Origin: Klebsiella pneumoniae
Lineage (GTDB): Bacteria > Pseudomonadota > Gammaproteobacteria > Pseudomonadales > Pseudohongiellaceae
Reading direction: 5' to 3'
Assembly: GCA_945877175.1 (NCBI GenBank)
Contig: CAMCRC010000001.1
Location: forward strand, 18,734-82,733
DNA length: 64,000 nt
Below the pieces are notes generated by a model. The model made no database searches. It was not told the DNA's origin and saw only the letters and a list, made by a program, of their open reading frames with translations. Shown one piece after another: positions 46,813 through 56,080 of this stretch. Within the stretch, counting starts at the first letter, position 1. Every line of letters begins with the position of its first letter. The translations under genes and the position numbers were made by a program.

Positions 46813-47960
46813 TCGCCATATTTAAGGATGGATGCAAAGCGAGATTCCAGCAATTGCTGGCGCCACTGGCGCATGTCCAGCGGCCACACCAGTTTGCCCG
46901 CTGCGGCCGATTCAGTCAGAAGTTGCAGCAACTGCTTCTTGCGGGCAAGGACTTCCGGTGCAATGCCGAGATCCAGGGCGATGGATGCGACTTCTTCCTG
47001 ACAACGTTTGAGCTGGGCCCGCATGGCAGGCGTCAGCGGCTGATCCGCTGCCGATTGTGGCAAAGGCTCGCCCACATGGGGAGTGGCAATTATCTGCAGT
47101 ACTTCGGTCAGGAACTTGTGCATCAATTGTTTGGACAAGTCGGGAATCTTCTGCACCTCAGATGCCGAAACAGGGCGTCGTTCCGCGAGAGCGATCAAGT
47201 CGGCGTCCTTCGCGATCCAGCTACGGGGTTTGTCTTTTTCTCTTGCTACTTTCTCACGCCAGGCGCAAAGGCGTTGTAATGTCGCAAGTTGCAAGGGATT
47301 CAAGCGCCAGGACATTCCCAGCGACTGATAGTATTGGCTCCATTCAGTCGAGCCGCTCTCCAGAGACGCACCCACCAGCATTTGATCAAACTCATGAACA
47401 GCCCATCCATGGCGACCTGTGCTTGCCAGCTTCTCCTGAAGAAAATCAGTAATCCGGGGCATACAAGCAACATCCAGCGCGGCGTATGCAAGTTGCTCTG
47501 CCGATAACGGTCTGCGAAGCCAATCCGAGCGTGTCTGATCCTTGCTGACTTCGAGACCAAGGACTTCCTTCACAAGATTCTGGTAACTGATGCTGTACCC
47601 GTAGCCTAGAAAGGCTGCCGCACGCTGGGTATCGAACAGTGGGGAAGGCACCTTGCCGAAAAAACCTTTGAATACCACCAGATCTTCCGAACATGAATGC
47701 AAGGACTTCAGGACACGGGGGTTGTCGAGAATATTGGAGAAAGCAGCCCAATGTGTAATCGCCAGCGGATCCAGAAGGTAGTTGGTCTGACCGTCACATA
47801 CCTGAATCAGCCCAAGTCGCGGATGAAACGTATCAATCCGGATGAACTCAGTATCCAGTGCGAGGACGCTGCAGTGTTGCCACTGCACGCAGAGCTCAGC
47901 CAGAGTATTGTTGTCTGTGACAAGAACATATTCAGTAAGTGCTTGAGAGAGTGTCATCAT
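46809..47960 (-). CDS. rnd: Ribonuclease D
   Basis: It has the DEDD exonuclease motifs (LALDTEF..., HSCSEDL, YAALDV) plus HRDC regions, and is 383 aa. Confidence 0.9.
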   Translation of the reverse strand: MMTLSQALTEYVLVTDNNTLAELCVQWQHCSVLALDTEFIRIDTFHPRLGLIQVCDGQTNYLLDPLAITHWAAFSNILDNPRVLKSLHSCSEDLVVFKGFFGKVPSPLFDTQRAAAFLGYGYSISYQNLVKEVLGLEVSKDQTRSDWLRRPLSAEQLAYAALDVACMPRITDFLQEKLASTGRHGWAVHEFDQMLVGASLESGSTEWSQYYQSLGMSWRLNPLQLATLQRLCAWREKVAREKDKPRSWIAKDADLIALAERRPVSASEVQKIPDLSKQLMHKFLTEVLQIIATPHVGEPLPQSAADQPLTPAMRAQLKRCQEEVASIALDLGIAPEVLARKKQLLQLLTESAAAGKLVWPLDMRQWRQQLLESRFASILKYGE

Positions 47961-48562
47961 GGCGCCCGCACAACCAACCTGCCCTTGAATGCGTGGTTCA
48001 ACGTACTGCCATCAACAAACTCGAGCTCCCCGCCAACAGGCACACCATGTGCAATTCTACTGACGACCAGCTGCAATGACTTTATCTGCTCTGCAATGTA
48101 ATAAGCGGTTGCCTCACCTTCTACAGTGGGGTTGCAAGCCAGAATTACTTCAGTAATCTGCTTGTCGGTCAAACGTGCAATCAAGTCCGGCAAGCCAAGT
48201 TGTTCCGGACCAATGCCATCAATGGGCGACAAATGCCCCATCAGCACGAAATATTGCCCTTTGTAGCTCCCCATTTGTTCAATCGCGTGCACATCTGCAG
48301 GCGACTCCACGATACAAAGCAGACTGCCATTGCGCGACGGGTCGCGACATATTCGGCACTCAGGCTCTTCTGTCAACGTACGGCAACAGCTGCAATGTCC
48401 CACTTTGCTCAACGCCTCATCCAATGCGGCAGTCAGCTGTCGACCGCCCTGGCGGTTTCTTTCCAGCAGATAGAAAGCCATCCGTTGTGCCGACTTCGGC
48501 CCGACGCCCGGCAAGCATCGGAAAGCCTCTACCAATTCTTCTATCAAGGGACTTGAGAACAT
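47957..48562 (-). CDS. recR: Recombination protein RecR
   Basis: It contains [14 protein letters not shown] (HhH), the zinc finger [16 protein letters not shown] and a Toprim domain. Confidence 0.97.
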   Translation of the reverse strand: MFSSPLIEELVEAFRCLPGVGPKSAQRMAFYLLERNRQGGRQLTAALDEALSKVGHCSCCRTLTEEPECRICRDPSRNGSLLCIVESPADVHAIEQMGSYKGQYFVLMGHLSPIDGIGPEQLGLPDLIARLTDKQITEVILACNPTVEGEATAYYIAEQIKSLQLVVSRIAHGVPVGGELEFVDGSTLNHAFKGRLVVRAP

Positions 48563-48585
48563 GTAACTTACTCAGAAAATCAGTG

Positions 48586-48906
48586 TCAGAAAGGAAATTT
48601 GAAACCGTCAGGAAGCTTGAGCCCGGAGGCAAGACCCGCCATCGAGTCCTGATTGCGTTCCGCCAGCTTCTTGACCGCGTCGTTGAAAGCTGCAGCAATG
48701 AGGTCTTCAATAACATCCTTGTCCTCGCTCATAAGACCTGAGTCGAGTTCTACTCTCTGGACGTCATGGTGCCCATTCATGTGCACTCGCACGAGTCCTG
48801 CACCGGATTCCCCGACAAGCACAAGTTTGGCGGCTTCCCTCTGGGCATTCTGCATCTTCTCCTGCATCTGCCGCGCCTGCTTCAGAATTTCATTGAAGTC
48901 TGTCAT
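48586..48906 (-). CDS. ybaB: YbaB/EbfC nucleoid-associated protein
   Basis: It reads MTDFNEILKQARQMQEKMQ...GAGLVRVHMNG...IEDLIAAAFNDA. I prefer the ATG at 48906. The dnaX-ybaB-recR synteny is conserved. Confidence 0.92.
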   Translation of the reverse strand: MTDFNEILKQARQMQEKMQNAQREAAKLVLVGESGAGLVRVHMNGHHDVQRVELDSGLMSEDKDVIEDLIAAAFNDAVKKLAERNQDSMAGLASGLKLPDGFKFPF

Positions 48907-50572
48907 CTCTTTTCTCGCTGATGAAGTTGATACTTTCTGGTAGGACGCTTGCCGAAAAACGGTCAACAAGGTGCCTCACGTTGGGATCTGCATGGAAGTC
49001 AGCAAGTGCTTTTCCAATGCGCTCGTCCATGATTCGCTGTTTGCGCCGGGCAGGAGACTCTTGCGTCAATTCACCGATTCGCAAACTGATTTGCCAGTGA
49101 GTGCCGAGCACGTCTCTCAAGCATTGGATGATGCGCTGGCGGTGTTCGTCATTCAAAAGAGCACTTTGCTGGACATCGAGCAAAATGGCCAGGTGAGATT
49201 CCTTAATATCCTCGACGATGCAATTTGCCAAAAGATTGCGGGTAATGCCGGTCAGATTCAAGCGCTCAAAAAATGTGTGCCAATTGTCGATTTCGAGCAA
49301 TGAGAACTCTGCAGGCAGCGCAGTTTCTTGCAAGGGGGCGGGTGTGGGTGCCGCGCAAATTAGTGGTGCGGTAGGAGAGAACTCAGTCTTTTTTTTTTCG
49401 TCTTCGGCTGGAGTCAGCGCCATGGCTGGCATGGCAACGGATGATAAAGCTGGACTCTCGCCCATTCCCTCCGCATTGTCCGCCCATTGAGCTGGTTTGA
49501 ATGCCACCATTCTCATCAGGATCATCTCGAATGCCATGCGAGGATCAGGGGCCAGCGTCATGTCACGACGACCGTGCAGAGCAATCTGGTAGTAAAGCTG
49601 AACCTCTTCGGCAGTGAGCTTTTGTGCGATTTCCAACACCTGTTCACGATCACCCAAGCTATTGTCTATTCCACCGGGTACCATTTGCCCGATTGCAATC
49701 CGATGAATCAGGGCCAGCAAATTGTCGAGCAATGCAAAGAAATCACCAGAGTGATCTGCAGTGTAGCCGGCAACCTCCAGCATCTTGATCGCATCGCCAA
49801 GATGCAATGCGTTCATGATCTGCTGTAGCAAAGCCTGATCTGGAGTACCCAGCAAGGCACTGACATCAGCTTCGTTGATAGAACCACCACAGAAGGAAAT
49901 GCTCTGGTCCAGCAGGGTCAACGCATCACGCATGCTGCCTTGCGCGGCTCTGGCAAGTTGCCATAGTGCACCTTCAGCAAAAGGGATCTGCTCTGCCATC
50001 AACACGGATTGCAGATACTCTACGATTTTCTGAGGGCTTAAATTCTTGAGACTGAATTGCAGGCAGCGCGACAGTATGGTGACTGGCAATTTGTGCGGGT
50101 CTGTTGTGGCAAGCAAGAACACAACATGGGGTGGTGGTTCTTCAAGAGTCTTGAGCAAGGCATTGAAGCTGTGCATGGACAACATATGCACTTCGTCGAT
50201 CAGATAGACCTTGTAGCGACCTCGCGACGGGGCATACTGAACGTTGTCCAGCAGCTCGCGGGTATCCTCCACTTTCGTCCTGGAAGCAGCATCCACCTCG
50301 ATCAAATCAATAAAACGACCTTCTGCAATTTCAATACAGGCATCACACTTTCCACACGGTGTGGAAGTGACGCCGGCTTCACAGTTCAGACATTTTGCAA
50401 AGATTCGAGCGATGGTCGTCTTGCCGACGCCACGAGTGCCGGTAAACAGATAGGCATGATGCAGGCGCTTGTTGTCGAGCGCGTGAACCAGTGTCTGGAG
50501 CACGTGCTCCTGACCGGCCATGTCCTGGAAGGTCTTTGGACGCCACTTGCGCGCTAATACCTGATAAGTCAT
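48890..50572 (-). CDS. dnaX: DNA polymerase III subunits tau/gamma
   Basis: It has the AAA+ motif FTGTRGVGKTT, the zinc module CGKCDACIE and the SRC motif LSRC. The full-length product (tau) is 560 aa. Confidence 0.97.
   Translation of the reverse strand: MTYQVLARKWRPKTFQDMAGQEHVLQTLVHALDNKRLHHAYLFTGTRGVGKTTIARIFAKCLNCEAGVTSTPCGKCDACIEIAEGRFIDLIEVDAASRTKVEDTRELLDNVQYAPSRGRYKVYLIDEVHMLSMHSFNALLKTLEEPPPHVVFLLATTDPHKLPVTILSRCLQFSLKNLSPQKIVEYLQSVLMAEQIPFAEGALWQLARAAQGSMRDALTLLDQSISFCGGSINEADVSALLGTPDQALLQQIMNALHLGDAIKMLEVAGYTADHSGDFFALLDNLLALIHRIAIGQMVPGGIDNSLGDREQVLEIAQKLTAEEVQLYYQIALHGRRDMTLAPDPRMAFEMILMRMVAFKPAQWADNAEGMGESPALSSVAMPAMALTPAEDEKKKTEFSPTAPLICAAPTPAPLQETALPAEFSLLEIDNWHTFFERLNLTGITRNLLANCIVEDIKESHLAILLDVQQSALLNDEHRQRIIQCLRDVLGTHWQISLRIGELTQESPARRKQRIMDERIGKALADFHADPNVRHLVDRFSASVLPESINFISEKRDDRLQ
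49383..49398 (-). other. Putative dnaX recoding site: A10 run containing the A_AAA_AAG slippery heptamer, with a -1-frame TGA
   Basis: The minus strand in zero frame reads GAA AAA AAA AAG ACT GAG (E-K-K-K-T-E, codons 392-397). A -1 shift on A_AAA_AAG then reads GAC TGA. The +1 frame stops after 9 codons (..CAC TAA). Confidence 0.6.
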
Positions 50573-50671
50573 CGTCGTCCGGTTGGCCGTACTGGCGTGA
50601 AGTAATCAATGCTACCGACGGGCAACGGCAGGCAACAAGAGGCGTGGACAAGCTAGGTGTCGATAATTGGA

Positions 50672-50770
50672 GGTATCTCCTGCCAGCCACACCACGGCAC
50701 ATGAGTCAGCTATTACCGTTGCTCCCTTCCGGGCCTGGCGGGGTTCACAGCTTATCATTGCGAGGGGACC
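50672..50770 (-). ncRNA. ffs: Signal recognition particle RNA (4.5S RNA); ends approximate (+/-10 nt)
   Basis: The minus strand reads GGTCCCCTCGCAATGATAAGCTGTGAACCCCGCCAGGCCCGGAAGGGAGCAACGGTAATAGCTGACTCATGTGCCGTGGTGTGGCTGGCAGGAGATACC. It contains the conserved domain IV core CCAGG(N)CCGGAAGG(A/G)AGCA and the opposing strand GTGCCG..GCTGGCAGG. It lies directly upstream of dnaX. Confidence 0.8.
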
Positions 50771-50870
50771 GGCAAGAGACACCATCGAACGTGAATACAC
50801 CTGTCAGTGCCGTCACAGCGCCGCATTATGGTGAAAGCGCCCTTGTTAATCAAGCTGGAATCCCCGTCGT

Positions 50871-52766
50871 TCAAGGCAGTGCGAAGCTCATGATTCGAGA
50901 GTCCTGCCCTGCACCAACGGCTATTGCGATGTATTGTCTGCCATCTACCTGGTAGGACATGGGCGTGCCTCCTGGCGGAAGTGGCAAATCGATCTCATGC
51001 AGTACTGCGCCGTTCTGCTTGTCAAAAGCGCGCAATACATAACGTCCATTGTCTTCCTGTCCAATGATCAACAATGTTCTAGTCAGCAACGGGCCGGTAC
51101 GAGCGGGTGATCCGACAGGCCCCGGGTCCAGGGCGCCGGCAGCGATGATGCGCTCTCGAATGCCTTCGCCGTGTGGCACCATCCAGAGATGTTCGCCAGT
51201 ATTGAGATCGATTGCAGTGATACGTCCATAGGGTGGCTTTGTCAGTGGCAGGCCAGAAGGACTGGGTGCCGCAGTATTACCACCCCTCAAGTAGCGAAAG
51301 TTGGAATCTGCAGCCTCAGGTGCAACAAGTTGAACGACCATTGGGGCGCTGCCTGAAGGAACATAGAGAATTCCTGTCTCGGGATCTGCGGCAGCTCCTT
51401 GCCAGCCCCCTCCTCCGAACCAGCCCGGAAAATTGATTGTGCCGCGCAATGAAGGTGGCGTGTACAAAGGGCCATAGTCAAACGCTTCAATCATCTGCAG
51501 CGCTTCGTTGCGCAATTCGGGCGTGAAATCAATCAGCGTATCCAGAGAGATTCCCTGAGGCTCAAAGGGCGCCGGTCGTGTTGGAAAGGGTTGTGTGGCC
51601 GACAATACCTCGCCGGGAACAGCGCTTTTCGGCACTTGCCTTTCTTCAATCGGCCAGATCGGCTCACCTGTCAGGCGATCAAATACAAAGACAAAGCCTT
51701 GCTTGGTAGTCTGCGCAACCGCCTTGACAGGGCGACCATCCACTACGATATCGACAAGATTTGGCGCGGCAGGCAAGTCGTAGTCCCACACCCCATGATG
51801 AACAAATTGATAGTGCCAGACACGCTTGCCAGTTCTGGCGTCGACACATATCAAACTTTCGGCAAAAAGGTTGTCGCCCTTGCGATGTCCGCCGTACCAG
51901 TCATTGGTTGGCGTACCTACTGGCAAATAGAGGTAGCCCAGCTCTTCATCTGCGCTCATCAAGGTCCAGACATTGGTGTTGCCAGTGTACTGCCAGGAAT
52001 CTTCTTCCCAGGTTTCAACCCCGAACTCGCCGTTCTGCGGGATGGTGTGAAATATCCAGACTTGTTCACCCGTTTGGGCATCAAATCCGCGAACATGTCC
52101 TGGAGGCGCTTCCTTTTGACGCGGCACATCATTGATGGAAGAACCCACTACCACGATATCGCCAACGATCATTGGAGCTGAAATCTGGGTGTAGGCACTG
52201 CGATCAACATCCCGACCAAGCCCCAGTGTCAGATCAATTCGTCCCTGATCTCCGAAGGACGGATCAGGCAGCCCGGTAGCAGCATCAAGCGACCACAGCC
52301 AGGAATCATTGGATGGCATGAAGATTCGGACATTCACTCCGTCAGTCCAGTAAGAGACTCCGCGATGGTTGTAGCCAAGATTTGCCGGACGCCCAGCTTC
52401 CCAGGAGCGCGTGTCGAACTTCCAGAGTTCTTCGCCATTTGTGCCGTCGATTGCAACGACCCTGCCGAAGGAGGTGCTGCTGTAAAGGATGCCGTTGATG
52501 GCGATTGGTGTGACTTTGAACGCGCCAGGCGTTGCCCGAAAGTTCTGGAGGCGCTGATTTTCAAGGACCGTGTCATTGTCTGGAGACAGCCAGGTCCAGG
52601 CACTCTGCAGTTGACCAATGTTGGACGGGGTGATCTGGTCGAAAGGCACATACTTGGTAGACGCAGAGTCGGCGCCGTAAGAACGCCAGTCATTTGCGTG
52701 CAGACTGCACGAACATGCAAAGGCAATTAGCGCCAAGTGTACGCTGAGAAGGGATGTAAGCCGCAC
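50871..52766 (-). CDS. PQQ-dependent dehydrogenase (glucose/quinate/shikimate-type quinoprotein beta-propeller), periplasmic
   Basis: It has a signal peptide and the start-of-propeller motif NDWRSYGADSASTKYVP...QLQSAWTW. It also contains VDARTGKRVWHYQFVHHGVWDYDLPAAPNL and repeated W-motif blades. Confidence 0.8.
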   Translation of the reverse strand: MRLTSLLSVHLALIAFACSCSLHANDWRSYGADSASTKYVPFDQITPSNIGQLQSAWTWLSPDNDTVLENQRLQNFRATPGAFKVTPIAINGILYSSTSFGRVVAIDGTNGEELWKFDTRSWEAGRPANLGYNHRGVSYWTDGVNVRIFMPSNDSWLWSLDAATGLPDPSFGDQGRIDLTLGLGRDVDRSAYTQISAPMIVGDIVVVGSSINDVPRQKEAPPGHVRGFDAQTGEQVWIFHTIPQNGEFGVETWEEDSWQYTGNTNVWTLMSADEELGYLYLPVGTPTNDWYGGHRKGDNLFAESLICVDARTGKRVWHYQFVHHGVWDYDLPAAPNLVDIVVDGRPVKAVAQTTKQGFVFVFDRLTGEPIWPIEERQVPKSAVPGEVLSATQPFPTRPAPFEPQGISLDTLIDFTPELRNEALQMIEAFDYGPLYTPPSLRGTINFPGWFGGGGWQGAAADPETGILYVPSGSAPMVVQLVAPEAADSNFRYLRGGNTAAPSPSGLPLTKPPYGRITAIDLNTGEHLWMVPHGEGIRERIIAAGALDPGPVGSPARTGPLLTRTLLIIGQEDNGRYVLRAFDKQNGAVLHEIDLPLPPGGTPMSYQVDGRQYIAIAVGAGQDSRIMSFALP

Positions 52767-52893
52767 CGGTAGACCCCGAAATCTTTAGTTATTGTGTTCG
52801 GGATAATACAGGACGAATGCATGCAGAAAAAGAGAAGTGGACCTGAGCAGTCAAAGCAGATTGCGGAATATCATCACGCAATTTCAAGCAATT

Positions 52894-52984
52894 TGGCGGT
52901 GAGAGAGGGATTCGAACCCTCGATACGCTATTAACGTATACACACTTTCCAGGCGTGCTCCTTCAGCCACTCGGACACCTCACC
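52894..52984 (-). tRNA. tRNA-Ser (anticodon GGA)
   Basis: A 91-nt type II tRNA with a long variable arm. The sequence is GGTGAGGTGTCCGAGTGGCTGAAGGAGCACGCCTGGAAAGTGTG...GGTTCGAATCCCTCTCTCACCGCCA. The anticodon loop is CTGGAAA. Confidence 0.93.
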
Positions 52985-53065
52985 GTTTCTTGGAAACCTT
53001 TGATTCATGTCTTGATTCAAAGGCGCGACACTGTATATCAGCAACTATGCAATTACAAGCTTGTG

Positions 53066-53890
53066 CTACTGGCGCAGCAGACGGCCTGCAGGAAACTCAA
53101 AACGCGCAAGCGAAGATGTCCGGACAGGGTTTATCTCGAGCCCGCCTCTGCGCAAAAAATTGATGGTTACACTCAATTGTTCAGGTGCGGCACGCTCCAT
53201 GATGTCCAGATAGATCAGTTCCGCGCAGTCCTCATGAAAACCATTGTGACTGCGGAAAGAAACCAGATACTTCAGCAGGCCAGCATGGTCCAGAGCAGCA
53301 CCTCGGTAACTGATGGCCACTGTTCCCCAATCAGGCTGAGACGTCACCGGACAATTCGATCGGAACAGATTGGAATACAAAGTTTCTTCCACTATGCCTT
53401 CATGAAGAGTCTGGAGCATTGAGGCGTCGGGCGAATACGCATCGACAACAATATCGAGCTCATCAAGACTTTTTCCGACAGGTGCCGTGCATTGCAGTTC
53501 ATCGAATGCGCGCAGAGAGTACAGCTGAACCAGCGCTGTTGTGCCAGCAAGGAGCGACACATCTTTCGAAATCAGCTCCTGAACTCGCTGCATGTTTTCA
53601 TATCTTTCCTGATTCAAGGAATTCAAATAGAGCTTGAAAGACTTGGATTCCACCATGTTCGGCGAAGCTGCCGGAACAAGGATTTCACCCACTGCCACTA
53701 CTGGCTTGCCATTCATGTCCAGCCAGGAAATTTCGTAGGCGCGCCACATGTCGTAACCACGAAACGGCAGATTGCCATCAACAAGTCCAAGCCGTTGTCG
53801 ATTCTGACTCCGAGGAATCGCGTAGAGCAATGATGCGTTGTAGGAAGCAGGATACTCGGTTGGATTGCCCAGCGGATTCAAATTTGTCAT
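53066..53890 (-). CDS. queF: NADPH-dependent 7-cyano-7-deazaguanine (preQ0) reductase, bimodular type
   Basis: It contains PFRGYDMWRAYEISWL...VESKSFKLYLNS...SNCPVTSQPDWGTV...FHEDC. The 274-aa size fits the two-domain YqcD type. The ATG at 53890 overlaps the upstream stop (ATGA). Confidence 0.9.
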   Translation of the reverse strand: MTNLNPLGNPTEYPASYNASLLYAIPRSQNRQRLGLVDGNLPFRGYDMWRAYEISWLDMNGKPVVAVGEILVPAASPNMVESKSFKLYLNSLNQERYENMQRVQELISKDVSLLAGTTALVQLYSLRAFDELQCTAPVGKSLDELDIVVDAYSPDASMLQTLHEGIVEETLYSNLFRSNCPVTSQPDWGTVAISYRGAALDHAGLLKYLVSFRSHNGFHEDCAELIYLDIMERAAPEQLSVTINFLRRGGLEINPVRTSSLARFEFPAGRLLRQ

Positions 53891-54669
53891 CAGTGACGCA
53901 ATCCTGTGCCTTTGCGCAACAGCACCAGGCAAGCTATAAAAAGCACCACCACCAAAAGGCTCAGCATCCCGAGAGACAAGTAGATATTGGCATCGGACGT
54001 GCCGAGTATTCCATACCGAAACGTGTTCACCATATAGAAAACAGGATTGAAACTGGAAAGTATGCGACCTGCCTCAGGCAGGAGATCAATGGAATAAAAA
54101 ACTCCCCCAAGGTAAATCAATGGCGTGAGAACAAATGTCGGGATGATGGAAATGTCATCAAAACTATTCGCGAACAGAGCGTTCAGGAAACCCGCCAGCG
54201 AAAATACAATCGCTGTCATGAGCACGACGAAAATGGTGACGCCCCAGCTATGAATGGAGAGGTTTGTAAATGCAAACGACATCAGCACAACAATGACTCC
54301 AACTGCAATGCCGCGCGCAACGCCTCCGGCCACGAAGCCCGCGAGTATTATGTAGTTGGGCACAGGAGAAACGAGCAATTCTTCGATACTGCGCTGAAAC
54401 TTCTGGCTGAAAAAAGAAGAAACGACATTGGCATAGGAATTTTGAATGACGGCCATCATGATCAAACCAGGCACGATGAAATCCATGTAAGCAAAGCCAT
54501 TCATTCCGCCAATGCGGTTGCCGATCAAATTGCCGAATATCAGGAAGTAAAGCCCGATGGTTATGGCGGGAGGTACCAGCGTCTGCACCCAGATCCGGGT
54601 GAAACGACGAATCTCCTTGACGAGAATTGTCTCGAACGCAATGTACTTGTGATTGTTCAGCATACTCAT
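53890..54669 (-). CDS. yadH: ABC-2 type transporter permease (YadH-like)
   Basis: 259 aa with 6 TM segments. It has an ABC-2 architecture and sits directly after a YadG-like ATPase. Confidence 0.8.
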   Translation of the reverse strand: MSMLNNHKYIAFETILVKEIRRFTRIWVQTLVPPAITIGLYFLIFGNLIGNRIGGMNGFAYMDFIVPGLIMMAVIQNSYANVVSSFFSQKFQRSIEELLVSPVPNYIILAGFVAGGVARGIAVGVIVVLMSFAFTNLSIHSWGVTIFVVLMTAIVFSLAGFLNALFANSFDDISIIPTFVLTPLIYLGGVFYSIDLLPEAGRILSSFNPVFYMVNTFRYGILGTSDANIYLSLGMLSLLVVVLFIACLVLLRKGTGLRH

Positions 54670-54682
54670 GCTCTCTGTAGAT

Positions 54683-55609
54683 TCAGGTGGAGCTGCTCTT
54701 CAATCGGGACAGAAACAATTGCTCAAGACGATTCGACTTGCTGCGCATGCCTTTCACTTGAATATTCGCTGCATTCAGAATTGCAAATATCTCATTGACG
54801 TCTTGGTCTCGGCCAAGATCGACTTCCATTGTGTGAGCATCAATATAGCGAAATCGCGCCAGCGCAGGTGCGGCGAAAGCAGCTTCAGACAGTTCATTTC
54901 TCAAATCACAGACGAGTGTCTGCGAGTCCAGCATATTCAGCAAAGACTTCATATTGCAGTTTTCGATGATGCGCCCCTGATCAATGATGGCGATGTTGCG
55001 GCAAAGCTGCTCTGCCTCCTCAAGGTAATGGGTGGTCAGGATGATGGTGGTACCATTGTTGTTTATCTCTTGCAGAAAATCCCACATTGAGCGACGCAGT
55101 TCGATATCAACTCCCGCAGTCGGCTCATCAAGAATCAACAGGCGAGGCTCATGAACCAAGGCTCTGGCAATCATGAGGCGTCTTTTCATTCCGCCGGAAA
55201 GCGTCCGCGAACGCGTGTCGCGCTTGTCCCACAAACCCAGTTTGCGCAAATATTTTTCAGTGCGCTCACGAGCCAGCGCACGCGGCAATCCGTAGTACCC
55301 AGCCTGGGTCATTACGATGTCGGCCACTTTTTCAAAGGGATTGAAGTTCACTTCCTGCGGTACTACGCCAAAATCAAGCTTCGTCTCATAGACGTGAGTC
55401 GCAACATCACGACCATAAACGGAAACAATACCTGCACTGGGACGCACGAGAGTCGAAATGATGCCAATAATTGTGGATTTCCCTGCCCCATTGGGTCCGA
55501 GTAATGCAAAGAAGTCGTTCTGCTGAACATCCAGGTCCACGCCGCGAAGCGCGTGATGACCGTTGGCATAGGTCTTTTGCAGATTGCTGATGGAAATGGC
55601 GCTGGTCAT
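54683..55609 (-). CDS. yadG: ABC transporter ATP-binding protein (YadG-like)
   Basis: It has Walker A (GPNGAGKST), the signature LSGGMKRR and Walker B (LLILDEPT). I prefer the ATG at 55609 (MTSAISISNL). Confidence 0.88.
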   Translation of the reverse strand: MTSAISISNLQKTYANGHHALRGVDLDVQQNDFFALLGPNGAGKSTIIGIISTLVRPSAGIVSVYGRDVATHVYETKLDFGVVPQEVNFNPFEKVADIVMTQAGYYGLPRALARERTEKYLRKLGLWDKRDTRSRTLSGGMKRRLMIARALVHEPRLLILDEPTAGVDIELRRSMWDFLQEINNNGTTIILTTHYLEEAEQLCRNIAIIDQGRIIENCNMKSLLNMLDSQTLVCDLRNELSEAAFAAPALARFRYIDAHTMEVDLGRDQDVNEIFAILNAANIQVKGMRSKSNRLEQLFLSRLKSSST

Positions 55610-55699
55610 GTTTAGAGTTCCGCGAAACCGATGAAGGGCACCGCAAAGAGGCGGCAAGCATAGCAAATTGACTCTTAGGGCACTATGGAAGACAAAGAC

Positions 55700-55731
55700 A
55701 AAAAAAAAGCCTGACCAATGGTCAGGCTTTT
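55700..55731 (-). terminator. Rho-independent terminator after tRNA-Glu
   Basis: An 8-bp GC-rich stem (gcctgacc / ggtcaggc) with a 3-nt loop, extendable by A-T pairs. On the minus strand it is followed by a T9 run. Confidence 0.75.
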
Positions 55732-55738
55732 CATTGTG

Positions 55739-55814
55739 TGGCGTCCCCTGGGGGTTTCGAACCCCCGTTGCCGGGATGAAAACCCGGTGTCCTAGGCCTC
55801 TAGACGAAGGGGAC
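55739..55814 (-). tRNA. tRNA-Glu (anticodon UUC)
   Basis: A 76-nt tRNA: GTCCCCTTCGTCTAGAGGCCTAGGACACCGGGTTTTCATCCCGGCAACGGGGGTTCGAAACCCCCAGGGGACGCCA. The anticodon loop is TTTTCAT. Confidence 0.95.
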
Positions 55815-56080
55815 TAGAGTCAAACTGCCTGCTGCTTCTTCTCACATGAGGCGGCGCATTCTAGAAAGCCACAGCTTGCTCGTCAAGCACTAAATTCAGG
55901 ATTCTATCTTCTTGTCGCTGCAGGACCTGGTATCCAATGAAGTGCCTCCTTTTCGGCATTTAATCTGACAATCTTGATTGCGATCGACCATGAAGTCAGA
56001 AGATTGTTATCATGCGATAGACGTTTTCAAAGCATGAACAGCGCGAACGAGTACCACGAAATAGCAGGAGTGAGTATTGA

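Noticed and set aside
52894-53030. A hairpin (cctttgattca...tgattcaaagg, 52997..53022) between queF and tRNA-Ser as a terminator, and tRNA-Ser as an island boundary for the PQQ dehydrogenase.
   Set aside because: The hairpin has one mismatch and no U-tract on the relevant strand. No repeat of the tRNA-Ser 3' end is seen near 50771..50870, and no mobility genes are present.
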